Positions 18,078-27,444 of a stretch of DNA of 64,000 nt are shown in pieces. The notes under the pieces are model-generated. The model did not search any database. It was given only the letters and a program-made list of their open reading frames with translations, and was not told where the DNA came from. The DNA is from a bacterium (lineage in GTDB: Bacteria > Patescibacteriota > Patescibacteriia > UBA1558 > GWA2-36-10): assembly GCA_018653315.1 (NCBI GenBank), contig JABIAL010000007.1, positions 11,348 through 75,347 on the forward strand. The letters run 5' to 3'. The first letter of the stretch is position 1; every line of letters starts with the position of its first letter. A program made the translations under genes and the position numbers.

Positions 18078-19082
18078 ATGAATTTAGATAATTTATACAA
18101 AGTTTTAGAAGGACAGCCAAAGTTTCGAGCTACTCAAGTTAAAGAAGCTATTTTTAAGCAACTCATAAAAGATTGGTCTGAGGCTAGTACTTTATCTTTA
18201 GATTTACGTCAAAAGTTAAATCAAGAATGTCCATTAGAGATTAATGCAGACATTTCTCAGTCAAAAGAAAAAGATACTAGCAAGGTTTTGATCAAGCTGG
18301 AAGATGGAGAAGAAATTGAGACTGTTTTAATGTCGCACAAAGATGGTCGACATACCGTTTGTGTTTCTTCACAGGTTGGTTGTGCCATGGCCTGTAAGTT
18401 TTGTGCCACTGGCCAGATGGGTTTCAAAAGAAATTTAACTGTAAGTGAAATATTAGAGCAGGTATTATTTTTTGCTAGACTCTTGAAAGAAAAAGGAGAG
18501 CGAGTTTCTAATGTTGTTTTCATGGGAATGGGTGAGCCATTTTTAAACTATGATAATGTAATGTCCGCTATTGATTATCTGAATGATGCTAATGGTTTAA
18601 ATATCGGTGCTCGTCGTATTTCTGTTTCTACTTGTGGTATTTTACCAGGGATCAAAAAATTTACTCAACAAAAATTACAGATTAATTTAGCAATTTCTTT
18701 GCATGCGCCAAATGATAAATTGCGTAGTGAATTGATGCCTATTAATCAGAAACAACCTTTGAAAAAATTGATGGCTGCGGTTGGTGAATATGTTCATAAA
18801 ACAGGACGTAAAGTTATGTTTGAATATCTAATGATCAAAGGAGTTAATGATTCAGTAAAGTATGCTCAACAATTAGCTACTTTGATGGCAGATCCATTGT
18901 TTATGGTTAATCTGATTCCATATAATCCAACTGGAGTGTATTTGCCTTCAGATAAAAAAACGATGAATACTTTTAGACAATATTTAGAACATAATGATAT
19001 AGAAGTTACCCAAAGATATGCTCTAGGACAAGATATAGATGCTGCCTGCGGACAACTAGCTAATAAAAAAAAGAACAAATAA
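18078..19082 (+). CDS. rlmN: radical-SAM 23S rRNA (A2503-C2)/tRNA methyltransferase RlmN
   Basis: The CAMACKFCATG CxxxCxxC radical-SAM motif and the RlmN/Cfr family layout are present, along with the conserved C-terminal Cys (ACGQL). Confidence 0.85.
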   Translation: MNLDNLYKVLEGQPKFRATQVKEAIFKQLIKDWSEASTLSLDLRQKLNQECPLEINADISQSKEKDTSKVLIKLEDGEEIETVLMSHKDGRHTVCVSSQVGCAMACKFCATGQMGFKRNLTVSEILEQVLFFARLLKEKGERVSNVVFMGMGEPFLNYDNVMSAIDYLNDANGLNIGARRISVSTCGILPGIKKFTQQKLQINLAISLHAPNDKLRSELMPINQKQPLKKLMAAVGEYVHKTGRKVMFEYLMIKGVNDSVKYAQQLATLMADPLFMVNLIPYNPTGVYLPSDKKTMNTFRQYLEHNDIEVTQRYALGQDIDAACGQLANKKKNK

Positions 19083-19110
19083 ACCGACACTAAAAGTGTC
19101 GGTTTATTTG
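19082..19110. terminator. bidirectional intrinsic terminator
   Basis: The stem aaccgacac...gtgtcggtt is flanked by an A-run and a T-run. It sits between convergent genes. Confidence 0.75.
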
Positions 19111-19146
19111 TTTCTAATATTATTTCGTTTTCTTTTTGATATATTT

Positions 19147-19512
19147 TTAGTTTATATTTTTAATATACTCAATAATTTCTTTAAGGTTAGAGTCTGATTT
19201 TACAAAATAATGTAAAACATCAAACTTATCAGCGATACCTCTACCTTCTCCTTGGCCTAAATTTGAAGTAATTATAACAGGAGTCTCATTACCATCGCCT
19301 CGTATTATTTCTAACAAAGAAAAACCATCCATTTTTGGCATTATGATATCTAATAATATTAGATCATATTTTTCTTTTTTTAGCATATCAATTGCTTCGC
19401 TCCCATTTTTTGCAATTGCTGTTGAAAAATTATTTTTTTGTAGCGATACATTTAATGCTTGAGCTAGATTTTCTTCATCTTCGACTATTAAAATATTGTT
19501 TATTTTCCCCAT
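19147..19512 (-). CDS. stand-alone response-regulator receiver (CheY-like) protein
   Basis: Contains ILIVEDE, ...YDLILLDIIMP and ...PVIITS...K. It is 121 aa with no output domain. Confidence 0.85.
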   Translation of the reverse strand: MGKINNILIVEDEENLAQALNVSLQKNNFSTAIAKNGSEAIDMLKKEKYDLILLDIIMPKMDGFSLLEIIRGDGNETPVIITSNLGQGEGRGIADKFDVLHYFVKSDSNLKEIIEYIKNIN

Positions 19513-19619
19513 AATAGTAGTTTAATTCTTTATTAGTATAGTATAACAAAAAAATGTTTGTTTACAAAGCATTAAAAAATAAAATCGCTAAAACAGCGAT
19601 TTTTTGTTATAATTAAAAC

Positions 19620-20369
19620 ATGAAATTTTTAACTATTAGTTTATTTATTTTATTATTTTTTAGCTCATCAAGTGCAGCTTTGGCTGATTGTTTTTATAAT
19701 TCTTGTGATACCGATGATGATGGTTTATTGAATGATGAGGAGGTAGATATTTATTATACTGATCCCTTAAATGCAGATACTGATGGTGATGGTTACAATG
19801 ATGGTCTTGAAATTGCTAGCTTGTATTCACCTAGACACGGAGGAGGAAAAAAACTTATAGAGGTAGATAGTGATAATGATGAGTTAAATGATTATTGGGA
19901 GCTTAAATTAGGAACAAATTTAATGAATGTAGATACTGATGGTGATTCTTATTCAGATGGAGTAGAAATGGCTACTAGCCATGATCCCTTAACCGACATC
20001 AAAGACATTCAAGAAAGATTGATAAAAGTAAACATTGCTGATCAATATTTAGAATATTATTTTGGCGATAAACTAATGGATGGTTTCGCTATTTCTAGCG
20101 GATTACCAGGTATGGATACACCAGAAGGACAATTTACCATTTTAGATAAACAACCAGTCAAGTATTATGGTGGGCCAGGCTATGATTTGCCAAATACAAA
20201 ATGGAACATGCATTTTACTACTCGTTCTTATCGTTATTGGATTCATGGCGCTTATTGGCATAACAATTTTGGTCAAAAAATGAGCCATGGTTGTGTTAAT
20301 GTAGATTATAAAGATATGGAACCATTATATAATTGGTCACAGATGGGCACTAAAGTTATTATTGATTAA
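19620..20369 (+). CDS. secreted L,D-transpeptidase (YkuD domain) with thrombospondin type-3-like Ca-binding repeats
   Basis: A signal peptide is present. There are four DxDxDGxxDxxE repeats. The catalytic motif is HGAYWHNNFGQKMSHGCVNV. A TGtTATAAT -10 ends 8 nt before the ATG, which suggests a leaderless mRNA. Confidence 0.75.
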   Translation: MKFLTISLFILLFFSSSSAALADCFYNSCDTDDDGLLNDEEVDIYYTDPLNADTDGDGYNDGLEIASLYSPRHGGGKKLIEVDSDNDELNDYWELKLGTNLMNVDTDGDSYSDGVEMATSHDPLTDIKDIQERLIKVNIADQYLEYYFGDKLMDGFAISSGLPGMDTPEGQFTILDKQPVKYYGGPGYDLPNTKWNMHFTTRSYRYWIHGAYWHNNFGQKMSHGCVNVDYKDMEPLYNWSQMGTKVIID

Positions 20370-20381
20370 TAAATAAATATT

Positions 20382-20651
20382 ATGGATTTAGATGTAAGTA
20401 AAATGTCCAAATTTACTTTGGATCAGCACAAAGCTATTATTTCTTTGCGAGAAGAATTAGATGCAATAGACTTATATCAGCAACGAGCTGATGTAACAGA
20501 AGATGCAGAACTTAAGGCAGTTTTAGAGCACAATAGAGATGAAGAGAAAGAACACGCAGCCATGTTGATCGAATGGTTACGTCGTAATGATGCTGTTTTT
20601 GAGAAAGAATTAAAAGATTATCTATTTACAGATAAACCTTTGAGTCACTAA
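20382..20651 (+). CDS. ferritin-like (half-ferritin/EncFtn-like) small protein
   Basis: 89 aa with an E...Y helix followed by ExxEEKEH, which is a di-iron ligand-like pattern. Confidence 0.35.
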   Translation: MDLDVSKMSKFTLDQHKAIISLREELDAIDLYQQRADVTEDAELKAVLEHNRDEEKEHAAMLIEWLRRNDAVFEKELKDYLFTDKPLSH

Positions 20652-20676
20652 ACAAAAAAATATTTTAACCCCCTAA

Positions 20677-20735
20677 ATCCCCCTTAACAGGGGGACTTTT
20701 CTATTTAAATAAATTCCTCCCCTGTTAAGGGGAGG
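20677..20735. terminator. back-to-back convergent intrinsic terminators
   Basis: The plus-strand terminator is ccccc-ttaaca-ggggg followed by a T-rich tract. The minus-strand terminator is cctcccc-tgttaa-ggggagg. An outer ttaacccc/ggggttaa inverted repeat encloses both. Confidence 0.6.
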
Positions 20736-20756
20736 TCAGGAGGGGTTAAAAGAGTT

Positions 20757-21395
20757 TTATAATTGGAATTTTATATAGTAGATTATTGTTCCAGCTATTT
20801 CTTTTTTTTCATAAGTAGTTTGAATATTCAGTGTAGGATTATCTTTCATCGCTTGTTTAATGCCACTATGGCTTTCTATTATTGTTCCAGCTTGTTCGGT
20901 AATAGTCTCCAAGCTATAGTCAAATAATATCTGATCATCAGTTTTTAAATGTACTAAGCCATTTGGTTTTAGTATTTTTTTATATAGATTTAAAAAGCGA
21001 GGAGAAGTTAGCCGTTTTTTTATATTTTTCTTCTTTAATTGTGGATCAGGAAAGCTTAACCAAATTTCTGATACAGAATGTTCTGGTAAATAGTCAGCTA
21101 TATGCTCTATTTGAAATCTTAAAAATAAAACATTGTTTAGATTGTTTTCTAAAGCTTCAGTGGCTCCATGCCATAGTCTTTCACCTTGAATATCTATGCC
21201 AATAAATTGACTTTGAGGAAATTCAGCTGCTAGCGCTAAAGAATATTCTCCTTTGCCACAGCCTAATTCTAGAATCAAACATTTTTCAGGGTCAATAAAA
21301 GCATCTAATTTTTCTTGGACATTATTCAAAGACACTTGTCCAACATTAGACAATTCATCTAAATCAGCAAATTTGATTAATTTTTTCCTAGCCAT
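20757..21395 (-). CDS. trmB: tRNA (guanine46-N7)-methyltransferase TrmB
   Basis: The SAM-binding motif LELGCGKGEY and the TrmB motif IWLSFPDPQLKKKN are present. The start was chosen at MARKKLI (21395). The track start at 21431 adds a 12-aa hydrophobic extension. Confidence 0.8.
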   Translation of the reverse strand: MARKKLIKFADLDELSNVGQVSLNNVQEKLDAFIDPEKCLILELGCGKGEYSLALAAEFPQSQFIGIDIQGERLWHGATEALENNLNNVLFLRFQIEHIADYLPEHSVSEIWLSFPDPQLKKKNIKKRLTSPRFLNLYKKILKPNGLVHLKTDDQILFDYSLETITEQAGTIIESHSGIKQAMKDNPTLNIQTTYEKKEIAGTIIYYIKFQL

Positions 21396-21433
21396 AATTA
21401 TAGTATAGGTAAAAAATAGGAAATAGGCCAATT

Positions 21434-21462
21434 TTGCTTTATTTTTATAATTAGATTATAAT
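21434..21462 (+). promoter_or_regulatory. sigma70 promoter of the metK leader
   Basis: Reads TTGCTT-17-TATAAT. Confidence 0.55.
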
Positions 21463-21469
21463 AGAGATA

Positions 21470-21632
21470 CAATTGAATAAGAATTATCAAGAGTACGGGG
21501 AGAGTTTTGGCTCAATGATCCGTCAGCAACCTGTTTTTTAAATAAGGTGCTAAGTCCAACCCTCAAGTGGGAAGATGATGTTTGGTCGTATTAACTTTCC
21601 TTTTGGGGAAAGATTTTTTAATTTTAAAATAA
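21470..21632 (+). promoter_or_regulatory. SAM-I (S-box) riboswitch with intrinsic terminator
   Basis: The S-box core matches: uUAUCAAGAG...GGGGAGAG..UGGCUCaAUGAuCCGuCAGCAACC...AAGGUGCUAAguCC...GAAGAUGAug. The P1 3' strand GAUGA pairs with UUAUC. The terminator is ctttcc-ttttgg-ggaaag followed by TTTTTTAATTTT, directly upstream of metK. Confidence 0.8.
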
Positions 21633-21638
21633 AAGATT

Positions 21639-22646
21639 ATGTTAAAGACAGCAGAAAATGTAACTTGGGGACATCCAGATAAAGTATGTGATCAAATATC
21701 TGATGCTATTTTAGATGAGTGTTTGCGTCAAGATAAAAATAGTCGAGTGGCTGTAGAAACGGTTGGTGGCCATGGTAAATTGTTTATTGTCGGTGAATTA
21801 ACTACATTGGCTAAATTTGATGCAGCCAAGATAACTCGACAAGTGTATAAAGATATTGGCTATACGGATGATTTAGATATTACTGTACATTTAGTACATC
21901 AGAGCCCAGATATCGCTCAGGGAGTCGACGTAGGGGGCGCAGGTGATCAAGGAATCATGGTCGGCTATGCTACAGCAGAAACTGTAGAAAATTTACCACT
22001 AGAACATGTTTTGGCAACAAAATTAATTCGTCGTTTAGAATTTGTGCGAGCAGATAAGAATAATCAATTATCTCAATTTTTAGGACCAGATGGTAAAGCT
22101 CAGGTGACTATAGAAGATGACAAAGTAAAGACAGTAGTTTTATCTACTCAACATACAGATAATATCAGCCAAGGTGTTTTGCGGCAGTTAATTATAAAAG
22201 AAGTTATTAAGCCAATCATTCCAGAATATGATGAGGTTCATATTAATCCGACTGGTATTTTTGTACAGGGTGGTTTTGAGGCTGATTCTGGTTTGACTGG
22301 CCGTAAAATAACGATCGATAATTATGGACCACAAGTGCCAGTCGGTGGCGGTGCTTTTTCTGGAAAAGATCCTTCAAAAGTAGATCGTTCAGCTGCTTAT
22401 ATGGCTAGATTTTTAGCGGTTAAATACCTAAAAAAATATCAAGCTAAAGAAGTGCTAGTAAAATTAGCTTATGCTATAGGTAAGAAAGAACCAGTGATGG
22501 CCATGGCTTTATTAGATGATAATCGGCTGATAAAAATAGAGGATCATGATTTATCTCCGCAGGGTATTATTGATTTTTTACGCTTAGATAAGCCACAATA
22601 TAGGGATCGGGCTCGCTTTGGTTTCTTTAAAAATTTTATTCAATAA
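21639..22646 (+). CDS. metK: S-adenosylmethionine synthetase (short form, 335 aa)
   Basis: Contains GHPDKVCDQISDAILD, GAGDQGIMVGYA and GGGAFSGKDPSKVDRSAAY. The C-terminal part is shorter than in E. coli MetK. Confidence 0.9.
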   Translation: MLKTAENVTWGHPDKVCDQISDAILDECLRQDKNSRVAVETVGGHGKLFIVGELTTLAKFDAAKITRQVYKDIGYTDDLDITVHLVHQSPDIAQGVDVGGAGDQGIMVGYATAETVENLPLEHVLATKLIRRLEFVRADKNNQLSQFLGPDGKAQVTIEDDKVKTVVLSTQHTDNISQGVLRQLIIKEVIKPIIPEYDEVHINPTGIFVQGGFEADSGLTGRKITIDNYGPQVPVGGGAFSGKDPSKVDRSAAYMARFLAVKYLKKYQAKEVLVKLAYAIGKKEPVMAMALLDDNRLIKIEDHDLSPQGIIDFLRLDKPQYRDRARFGFFKNFIQ

Positions 22647-22655
22647 AATTTATCA

Positions 22656-22685
22656 TTGACTTTTATTTTTTAGTATGTATATAAT
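22656..22685 (+). promoter_or_regulatory. sigma70 promoter for the HU gene
   Basis: Reads TTGACT-16/18-TATATAAT. Confidence 0.55.
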
Positions 22686-22780
22686 TTAAGTGATTTTACT
22701 TAGTAAATCTTCACAAAATTTAATATTTGTGTTAATATGCTAGAGTGAAATTAATTAATTAATTTTTAAGTCAAAAAAAT

Positions 22781-23062
22781 ATGGCAAAAATGACTAAAAC
22801 AGACATGCTTAACGCTTTAGCTGAGGCTACAGAATTAAGCAAAAAAGACGTAAAAAACTTCTTAGAGGTGTGGACAGCAATGGCTTACAGAGAAGTTGTT
22901 AATAACGGAGAGTTCTCTTTACCAGGCTTAGGTAAACTTGTAAAGGTTAACCGTAAGGCTCGTGAAGGACGTAATCCAGCCACAGGAGAATCAATTCATA
23001 TTCCTGCAAAAACAGTAGTAAAATTCCGTGTTGCTAAAGCAGCTAAGGAAGCAGTAATGTAA
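22781..23062 (+). CDS. hup: HU/IHF-family nucleoid DNA-binding protein
   Basis: The HU fold signature is present: ...GEFSLPGLGKLVKVNRKAREGRNPATGESIHIPAKTVVKFR.... It is 93 aa. Confidence 0.9.
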   Translation: MAKMTKTDMLNALAEATELSKKDVKNFLEVWTAMAYREVVNNGEFSLPGLGKLVKVNRKAREGRNPATGESIHIPAKTVVKFRVAKAAKEAVM

Positions 23063-23084
23063 ATTGTTGTAAATTCAACAAATT

Positions 23085-23113
23085 AAAAAACCTCCCTAGG
23101 TGGGAGGTTTTTT
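23085..23113. terminator. bidirectional intrinsic terminator
   Basis: An A6 run precedes cctccc-taggt-gggagg, which is followed by T6. Confidence 0.75.
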
Positions 23114-23145
23114 GTTATCCTGAGCGTCAGTCGAAGGATTATACT

Positions 23146-25323
23146 TTATTTTTGCTCGTAGTTATAAATAAAAATATAGGATTTATCTTGGCCAACTACA
23201 AAATAATCATCAGCTGTTTCTTTAGCTTGATTTATAGCTTGTTTAGCGGAGTGCCAGTAGTTATTAACTACAAAATATAATTTATTAACTCCAGCTTTAT
23301 CCATGGCCAGCTTAGCTTCTTGATGACTAGCTTGATGTTCGATCATATTTAGATAATTTTGATAAATATTATTATTACCTAAGGGCATGGAGTAATAAAA
23401 GTTGTCATTATAGTAATGTACAAAGCCATAGGCATCAATAGCAGCGGCTCCGACCATTTGATTAGCTAAAACGATATAATCTTGATCATTGGATGATTGT
23501 TCTATTAGACGGACAGTTTCCACATCGACAGCTGTGATGTTAAAACTTTTACTATTTGAGTGACGGTCGTAAGTAGGATAGCTAAAATAGGTACTGATTA
23601 TTATAATCATAACAGTAATTGCACCGATCCATATTTTATAACTCAAGTTTTTTTGTTTTGCTAAAATATTATGCCACCAAAAATACCAAGTGCTTAAAAA
23701 TATTGGCATTACACTCAACCCAATTAAATAAATGATTCTTAGTAAATAAGCATTCTGTTCATAGTCTATTTGATTTGAAAAAGAGATAAAGACACGAGCT
23801 AAGATGTAATTACTTAATAATATACTTAACAACAGCCAGTGTTTATTAAAAAATAAATACTTATGTTTTTTTACTATAATCAACCAGCCAAGTAAAACAA
23901 TTATTATAAAAATCAGAGCATAATTATTCCAGATATTATGTATCAAGTCGATAGGGAAATTATAACTATTAACTAGTTTCGGCCAAGACCAATCAATTAA
24001 TGGCCAAGGATGCCAAGTAAATATTCGTGACCAATTTTGTCCAGCTAATCTCTGATAAAGCGCAAGTGCTGTTGGTAAACTAATAGCTGATAAGAAAACT
24101 ATGATAGCATGGATGTATTTTTTGAATTTCTTTTTTATTTTCCAATAGCGGATAGATAATAGAAGACTCATGTATAAAATAGGAATACCACCCAGAGGAT
24201 GGATAGTTAGCGTTCCAAGACCAATAATCCAGCAAAAATATAGACATTGTTTATGTTTTTTGATTACAGGTAATATAAATATAAATGTAGCTACCAAAAG
24301 AAAAGCTAAGTTTTGAGGAGTGGTTATGATAGCGAAATTAAATCCAGCAAACAAACTTAGCAAAACAGCTAGTAAACTGATCTTGCGAGGCCAGCGAAAG
24401 CCTTTATTTAGGCCATAATACAGGCTATGTGGCCATAAAATACTAAAAGCGATTGGTAAGACCAGTTTGTTGATAGTAGCGATTGGGAGCTGCCACAGGG
24501 AGTGTAAAAAGAAAGTCCAACTATACTGACCTAGGTATAAAAATAAACGAGGTTGGATGGTACTAGTTTTGTCTATCACTTCCATGGCTGCTTGATGTAG
24601 AAATGGATCATAGCCAAAACCAAGTGGATAAACCAACCAGGCGACACTAGCTAAAATAAAAAAGTGAATACTAGTTAAAAATAGTACGATGGTTGATTTT
24701 TTATTTTGGATAGTCATGATGACTAGTAAAATGCTAGCCACGATAAGCAAAGTCCAAAATTTATAACCCAATAATTCCCAAGGAGAGCGAATTATTTCTA
24801 CACTAGATCTTCTGGTTAATAAAATAATGGTCAGTAGCTCTGTTATCAAAAAAAGAGTAGGTAGAATTATATTTTTGATATTAGCCAAGCGGATACTTGG
24901 GATATCCAAAGTAGTAAAAAAATAATGTTGTTTATTTAAACGCCAAGACCAGAATTCAATGATTAGAGGAACACTAATTAAGGCAAATAAAAAAGTAATG
25001 GCGTTGATTTGCCAAACATGATAAAAAAGAGTGTAAATAATACTAAAGTATAGTAGTATTGTTAACCAGCCCAAAACATTACGAAAATTCCCAGAGATAT
25101 GGATAAATAGAATGTCGCCTAATTTTTTGCTATTAAGAGTAAAAAATAATAAACTAACAATAATACCCAAAATGGGCCAATGTAAGAATTGCCAATTTAT
25201 AATTAATAAGGCCAAAGACAATGCCTGTAAACTTATATGTTGAGTTCTATTAAGGGTAATCATCACTAACAGTTTAACATAAGTTTGGTTTTTTGTTAAA
25301 ATAAAGATATGGTGTTTAAACAA
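23146..25323 (-). CDS. large polytopic membrane protein with C-terminal extracytoplasmic domain (possible GT-C-like glycosyltransferase or polymerase)
   Basis: 725 aa. At least 14 TM helices are followed by a ~170-aa soluble domain. No specific family was recognised. Confidence 0.35.
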   Translation of the reverse strand: MFKHHIFILTKNQTYVKLLVMITLNRTQHISLQALSLALLIINWQFLHWPILGIIVSLLFFTLNSKKLGDILFIHISGNFRNVLGWLTILLYFSIIYTLFYHVWQINAITFLFALISVPLIIEFWSWRLNKQHYFFTTLDIPSIRLANIKNIILPTLFLITELLTIILLTRRSSVEIIRSPWELLGYKFWTLLIVASILLVIMTIQNKKSTIVLFLTSIHFFILASVAWLVYPLGFGYDPFLHQAAMEVIDKTSTIQPRLFLYLGQYSWTFFLHSLWQLPIATINKLVLPIAFSILWPHSLYYGLNKGFRWPRKISLLAVLLSLFAGFNFAIITTPQNLAFLLVATFIFILPVIKKHKQCLYFCWIIGLGTLTIHPLGGIPILYMSLLLSIRYWKIKKKFKKYIHAIIVFLSAISLPTALALYQRLAGQNWSRIFTWHPWPLIDWSWPKLVNSYNFPIDLIHNIWNNYALIFIIIVLLGWLIIVKKHKYLFFNKHWLLLSILLSNYILARVFISFSNQIDYEQNAYLLRIIYLIGLSVMPIFLSTWYFWWHNILAKQKNLSYKIWIGAITVMIIIISTYFSYPTYDRHSNSKSFNITAVDVETVRLIEQSSNDQDYIVLANQMVGAAAIDAYGFVHYYNDNFYYSMPLGNNNIYQNYLNMIEHQASHQEAKLAMDKAGVNKLYFVVNNYWHSAKQAINQAKETADDYFVVGQDKSYIFIYNYEQK

Positions 25324-25809
25324 AAATATTTTATTCTGTTTTTTCGTTATTTATGGTTGCTTTTAGCCCTTATAGCGATTATTTTTATTATTAATAAAAA
25401 CATCTTGACTGATCAGTCATTGGTTTATCAGATTGATTTAAGTCAGGCAGTTACTACTGAGATCGAAGGACCTTATCCAAGAAATAGGGTTTTGTATGAT
25501 AGTCAATTAAATGTTTTGGCTGAGCCATTGTATATGCAAGCTTATTTACCAGGACATTTTACTGATTTGACAGTATCGGGTCAGCTTATTCTGGGAGAGC
25601 AGATTTTAGATTTAGGTTTAAAGCAGATAGATGGTAGTTGGCAATGGCAGACCATTGATGTGGAAAATTTTGAGGTTACTTTTGATTTAGCAAATGTATA
25701 TTTATCAGCTAATAAAATACAGTTGATTTTTTCTTGGCCAAACTTAAATAATCCAGATGAATTAAAGATTAAAAATTTACAATTAATTTTACACAATGAC
25801 AATTCTTAA
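25309..25809 (+). CDS. hypothetical membrane-anchored protein
   Basis: 166 aa with an N-terminal TM helix followed by a hydrophilic domain. Confidence 0.35.
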   Translation: MVFKQKYFILFFRYLWLLLALIAIIFIINKNILTDQSLVYQIDLSQAVTTEIEGPYPRNRVLYDSQLNVLAEPLYMQAYLPGHFTDLTVSGQLILGEQILDLGLKQIDGSWQWQTIDVENFEVTFDLANVYLSANKIQLIFSWPNLNNPDELKIKNLQLILHNDNS

Positions 25810-26034
25810 ATCAGCTATAAATGATTTATTTAAAACCAGTTTATTTTTGTGGTTGTTTTTATTGTTATTAGAATTTTGGCGTCCTGGTACCGTGCATCGT
25901 TTTGTTAATTTAGAATATTATTTTTATTTTTTATTATTATTTAGTTTGATTATAAAATTTGTTAATTTTTCTTTTAATACCTCTAGACGTTGATTTATGG
26001 TATAATAACCTTAAGTTTTTAAAAAAGGGGGAAC

Positions 26035-26115
26035 ATGAACAAGAAAAGAAAAATAGCGCAGAAAAAACATCGTCGTAAGCGCAATAAAGAGATAGCTAAT
26101 ATTCGCTATCGTTAA
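26035..26115 (+). CDS. 26-aa highly basic peptide (MNKKRKIAQKKHRRKRNKEIANIRYR)
   Basis: An unusually strong SD (AAGGGGGAA) lies 5 nt upstream. A TGgTATAAT extended -10 lies upstream of that. It ends 3 nt before the next gene. It is not in the ORF track because it is under 60 aa. Confidence 0.35.
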   Translation: MNKKRKIAQKKHRRKRNKEIANIRYR

Positions 26116-26118
26116 ATT

Positions 26119-27444
26119 ATGCAAAACAAAAAACAAAAAATGCATGTTGTTACTGTTGATATGGGTTACGGCCATCAACGAGCAGCTTATCCTTTAGCGT
26201 CAGTTAGCGCCGGAGGAGTTATTAATGCCAATCAATATAAAGGCATCTCTAAGAATGAGGAGCGTTCTTGGCAGAAGGGTCGTAAATGGTATGAAATAAT
26301 TTCTCGTTTTAAAAAAGTGCCTATTTTAGGTGCGGTTGCTTTTGCGATGATGGATAATTTTCAAAAGATAGAACCTTTTTATCCACGACGTGATTTGTCT
26401 AAAACTTCTTCTCAACAAAGATATTTTTATAAAAAAGTTAAAAAAGGTCTAGGTAAAGATCTTATTACTACTTTAAATAAAAAACCTATTCCATTGGTGA
26501 CTACTTTTTTTGTGCCAGCTTATTTTGCTGAATACTGTAATTATGAGGGACAAATTTATTGTGTGGTTTGTGATGCTGATGTAGCTAGAGCTTGGGCACC
26601 CCATGATGCTAGGCATAGTAAAGTCATTTATTTAGCGCCAAATAAGCGTGTTAAAGAGCGTTTACAGCTTTATGGTGTACGGCCAAACAAGATTTATGTT
26701 ACGGGCTTTCCTTTACCAAAAGAGAATATCGGTGGTTTGCAACAAAAGATTTTAAAAGCCGATCTTAAAGTTCGTTTGTGCAATTTAGACCCTAAAGGAA
26801 TTTATCGCCATAAGTACAAGAATTTAATTGGGGCATACCTGTGTCCAGTTAGTGAATTACGCGCTAAACCAAAAGGAGTAACGATTACCTTTGCCGTTGG
26901 TGGCGCTGGTGCTCAACGAGAAATCGGAGTCACTTTATTACGGGTGCTTAAAAAACATATTAAAGCTGGTCGAATAAATTTAAATTTAGTAGCTGGCGTG
27001 CGGAATGATATTTATCGTTTTTTTGAAGAGGCGGTCAAACGATATGGTTTAGCTAATGCTAATAATGTTAATATCATCTTTGCTAATAACAAATACGATT
27101 ATTTTAAGATTTTTAATCGAGCTTTAAGAACAACAGATATTTTATGGACCAAGCCATCTGAGTTAACTTTTTATAGCGGTCTTGGTTTGCCGATTATCAT
27201 GGCTCCACCGATTGGCTCACAGGAAAAGTATAATCGTGATTGGCTGCAAGCTTTGGGAGCTGGTATTGATTCTGAGAATCCAGAATATGTTGATGAGTGG
27301 CTTTTTGATTGGCTAGATTCTGGTTGGTTAGCAGAAGCGGCCATGCAGGGATATTTAGATGCTCCTAAAATGGGCACCTATCATATAGAAAATATTGTTT
27401 TACATAATAAAGTAGAGGAGATAAAAGATGTTCAATTGTTATAA
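26119..27444 (+). CDS. GT28-family glycosyltransferase, MGDG-synthase/UgtP-like (glycolipid synthase)
   Basis: The N-terminal motif is HVVTVDMGYGHQRAA (G-x-GH). Also present are IYVTGFPLP and the C-terminal GT28 pattern ITFAVGGAGAQ...TKPSELTFYSGLGLPII...GSQEKYNRDWLQALGAGI. Confidence 0.6.
   Translation: MQNKKQKMHVVTVDMGYGHQRAAYPLASVSAGGVINANQYKGISKNEERSWQKGRKWYEIISRFKKVPILGAVAFAMMDNFQKIEPFYPRRDLSKTSSQQRYFYKKVKKGLGKDLITTLNKKPIPLVTTFFVPAYFAEYCNYEGQIYCVVCDADVARAWAPHDARHSKVIYLAPNKRVKERLQLYGVRPNKIYVTGFPLPKENIGGLQQKILKADLKVRLCNLDPKGIYRHKYKNLIGAYLCPVSELRAKPKGVTITFAVGGAGAQREIGVTLLRVLKKHIKAGRINLNLVAGVRNDIYRFFEEAVKRYGLANANNVNIIFANNKYDYFKIFNRALRTTDILWTKPSELTFYSGLGLPIIMAPPIGSQEKYNRDWLQALGAGIDSENPEYVDEWLFDWLDSGWLAEAAMQGYLDAPKMGTYHIENIVLHNKVEEIKDVQLL

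Noticed and set aside
25796-25993. 65-aa hydrophobic ORF
   Set aside because: Low complexity (runs of L and F), no promoter or SD, and it overlaps the previous gene's end. It is probably not a gene.
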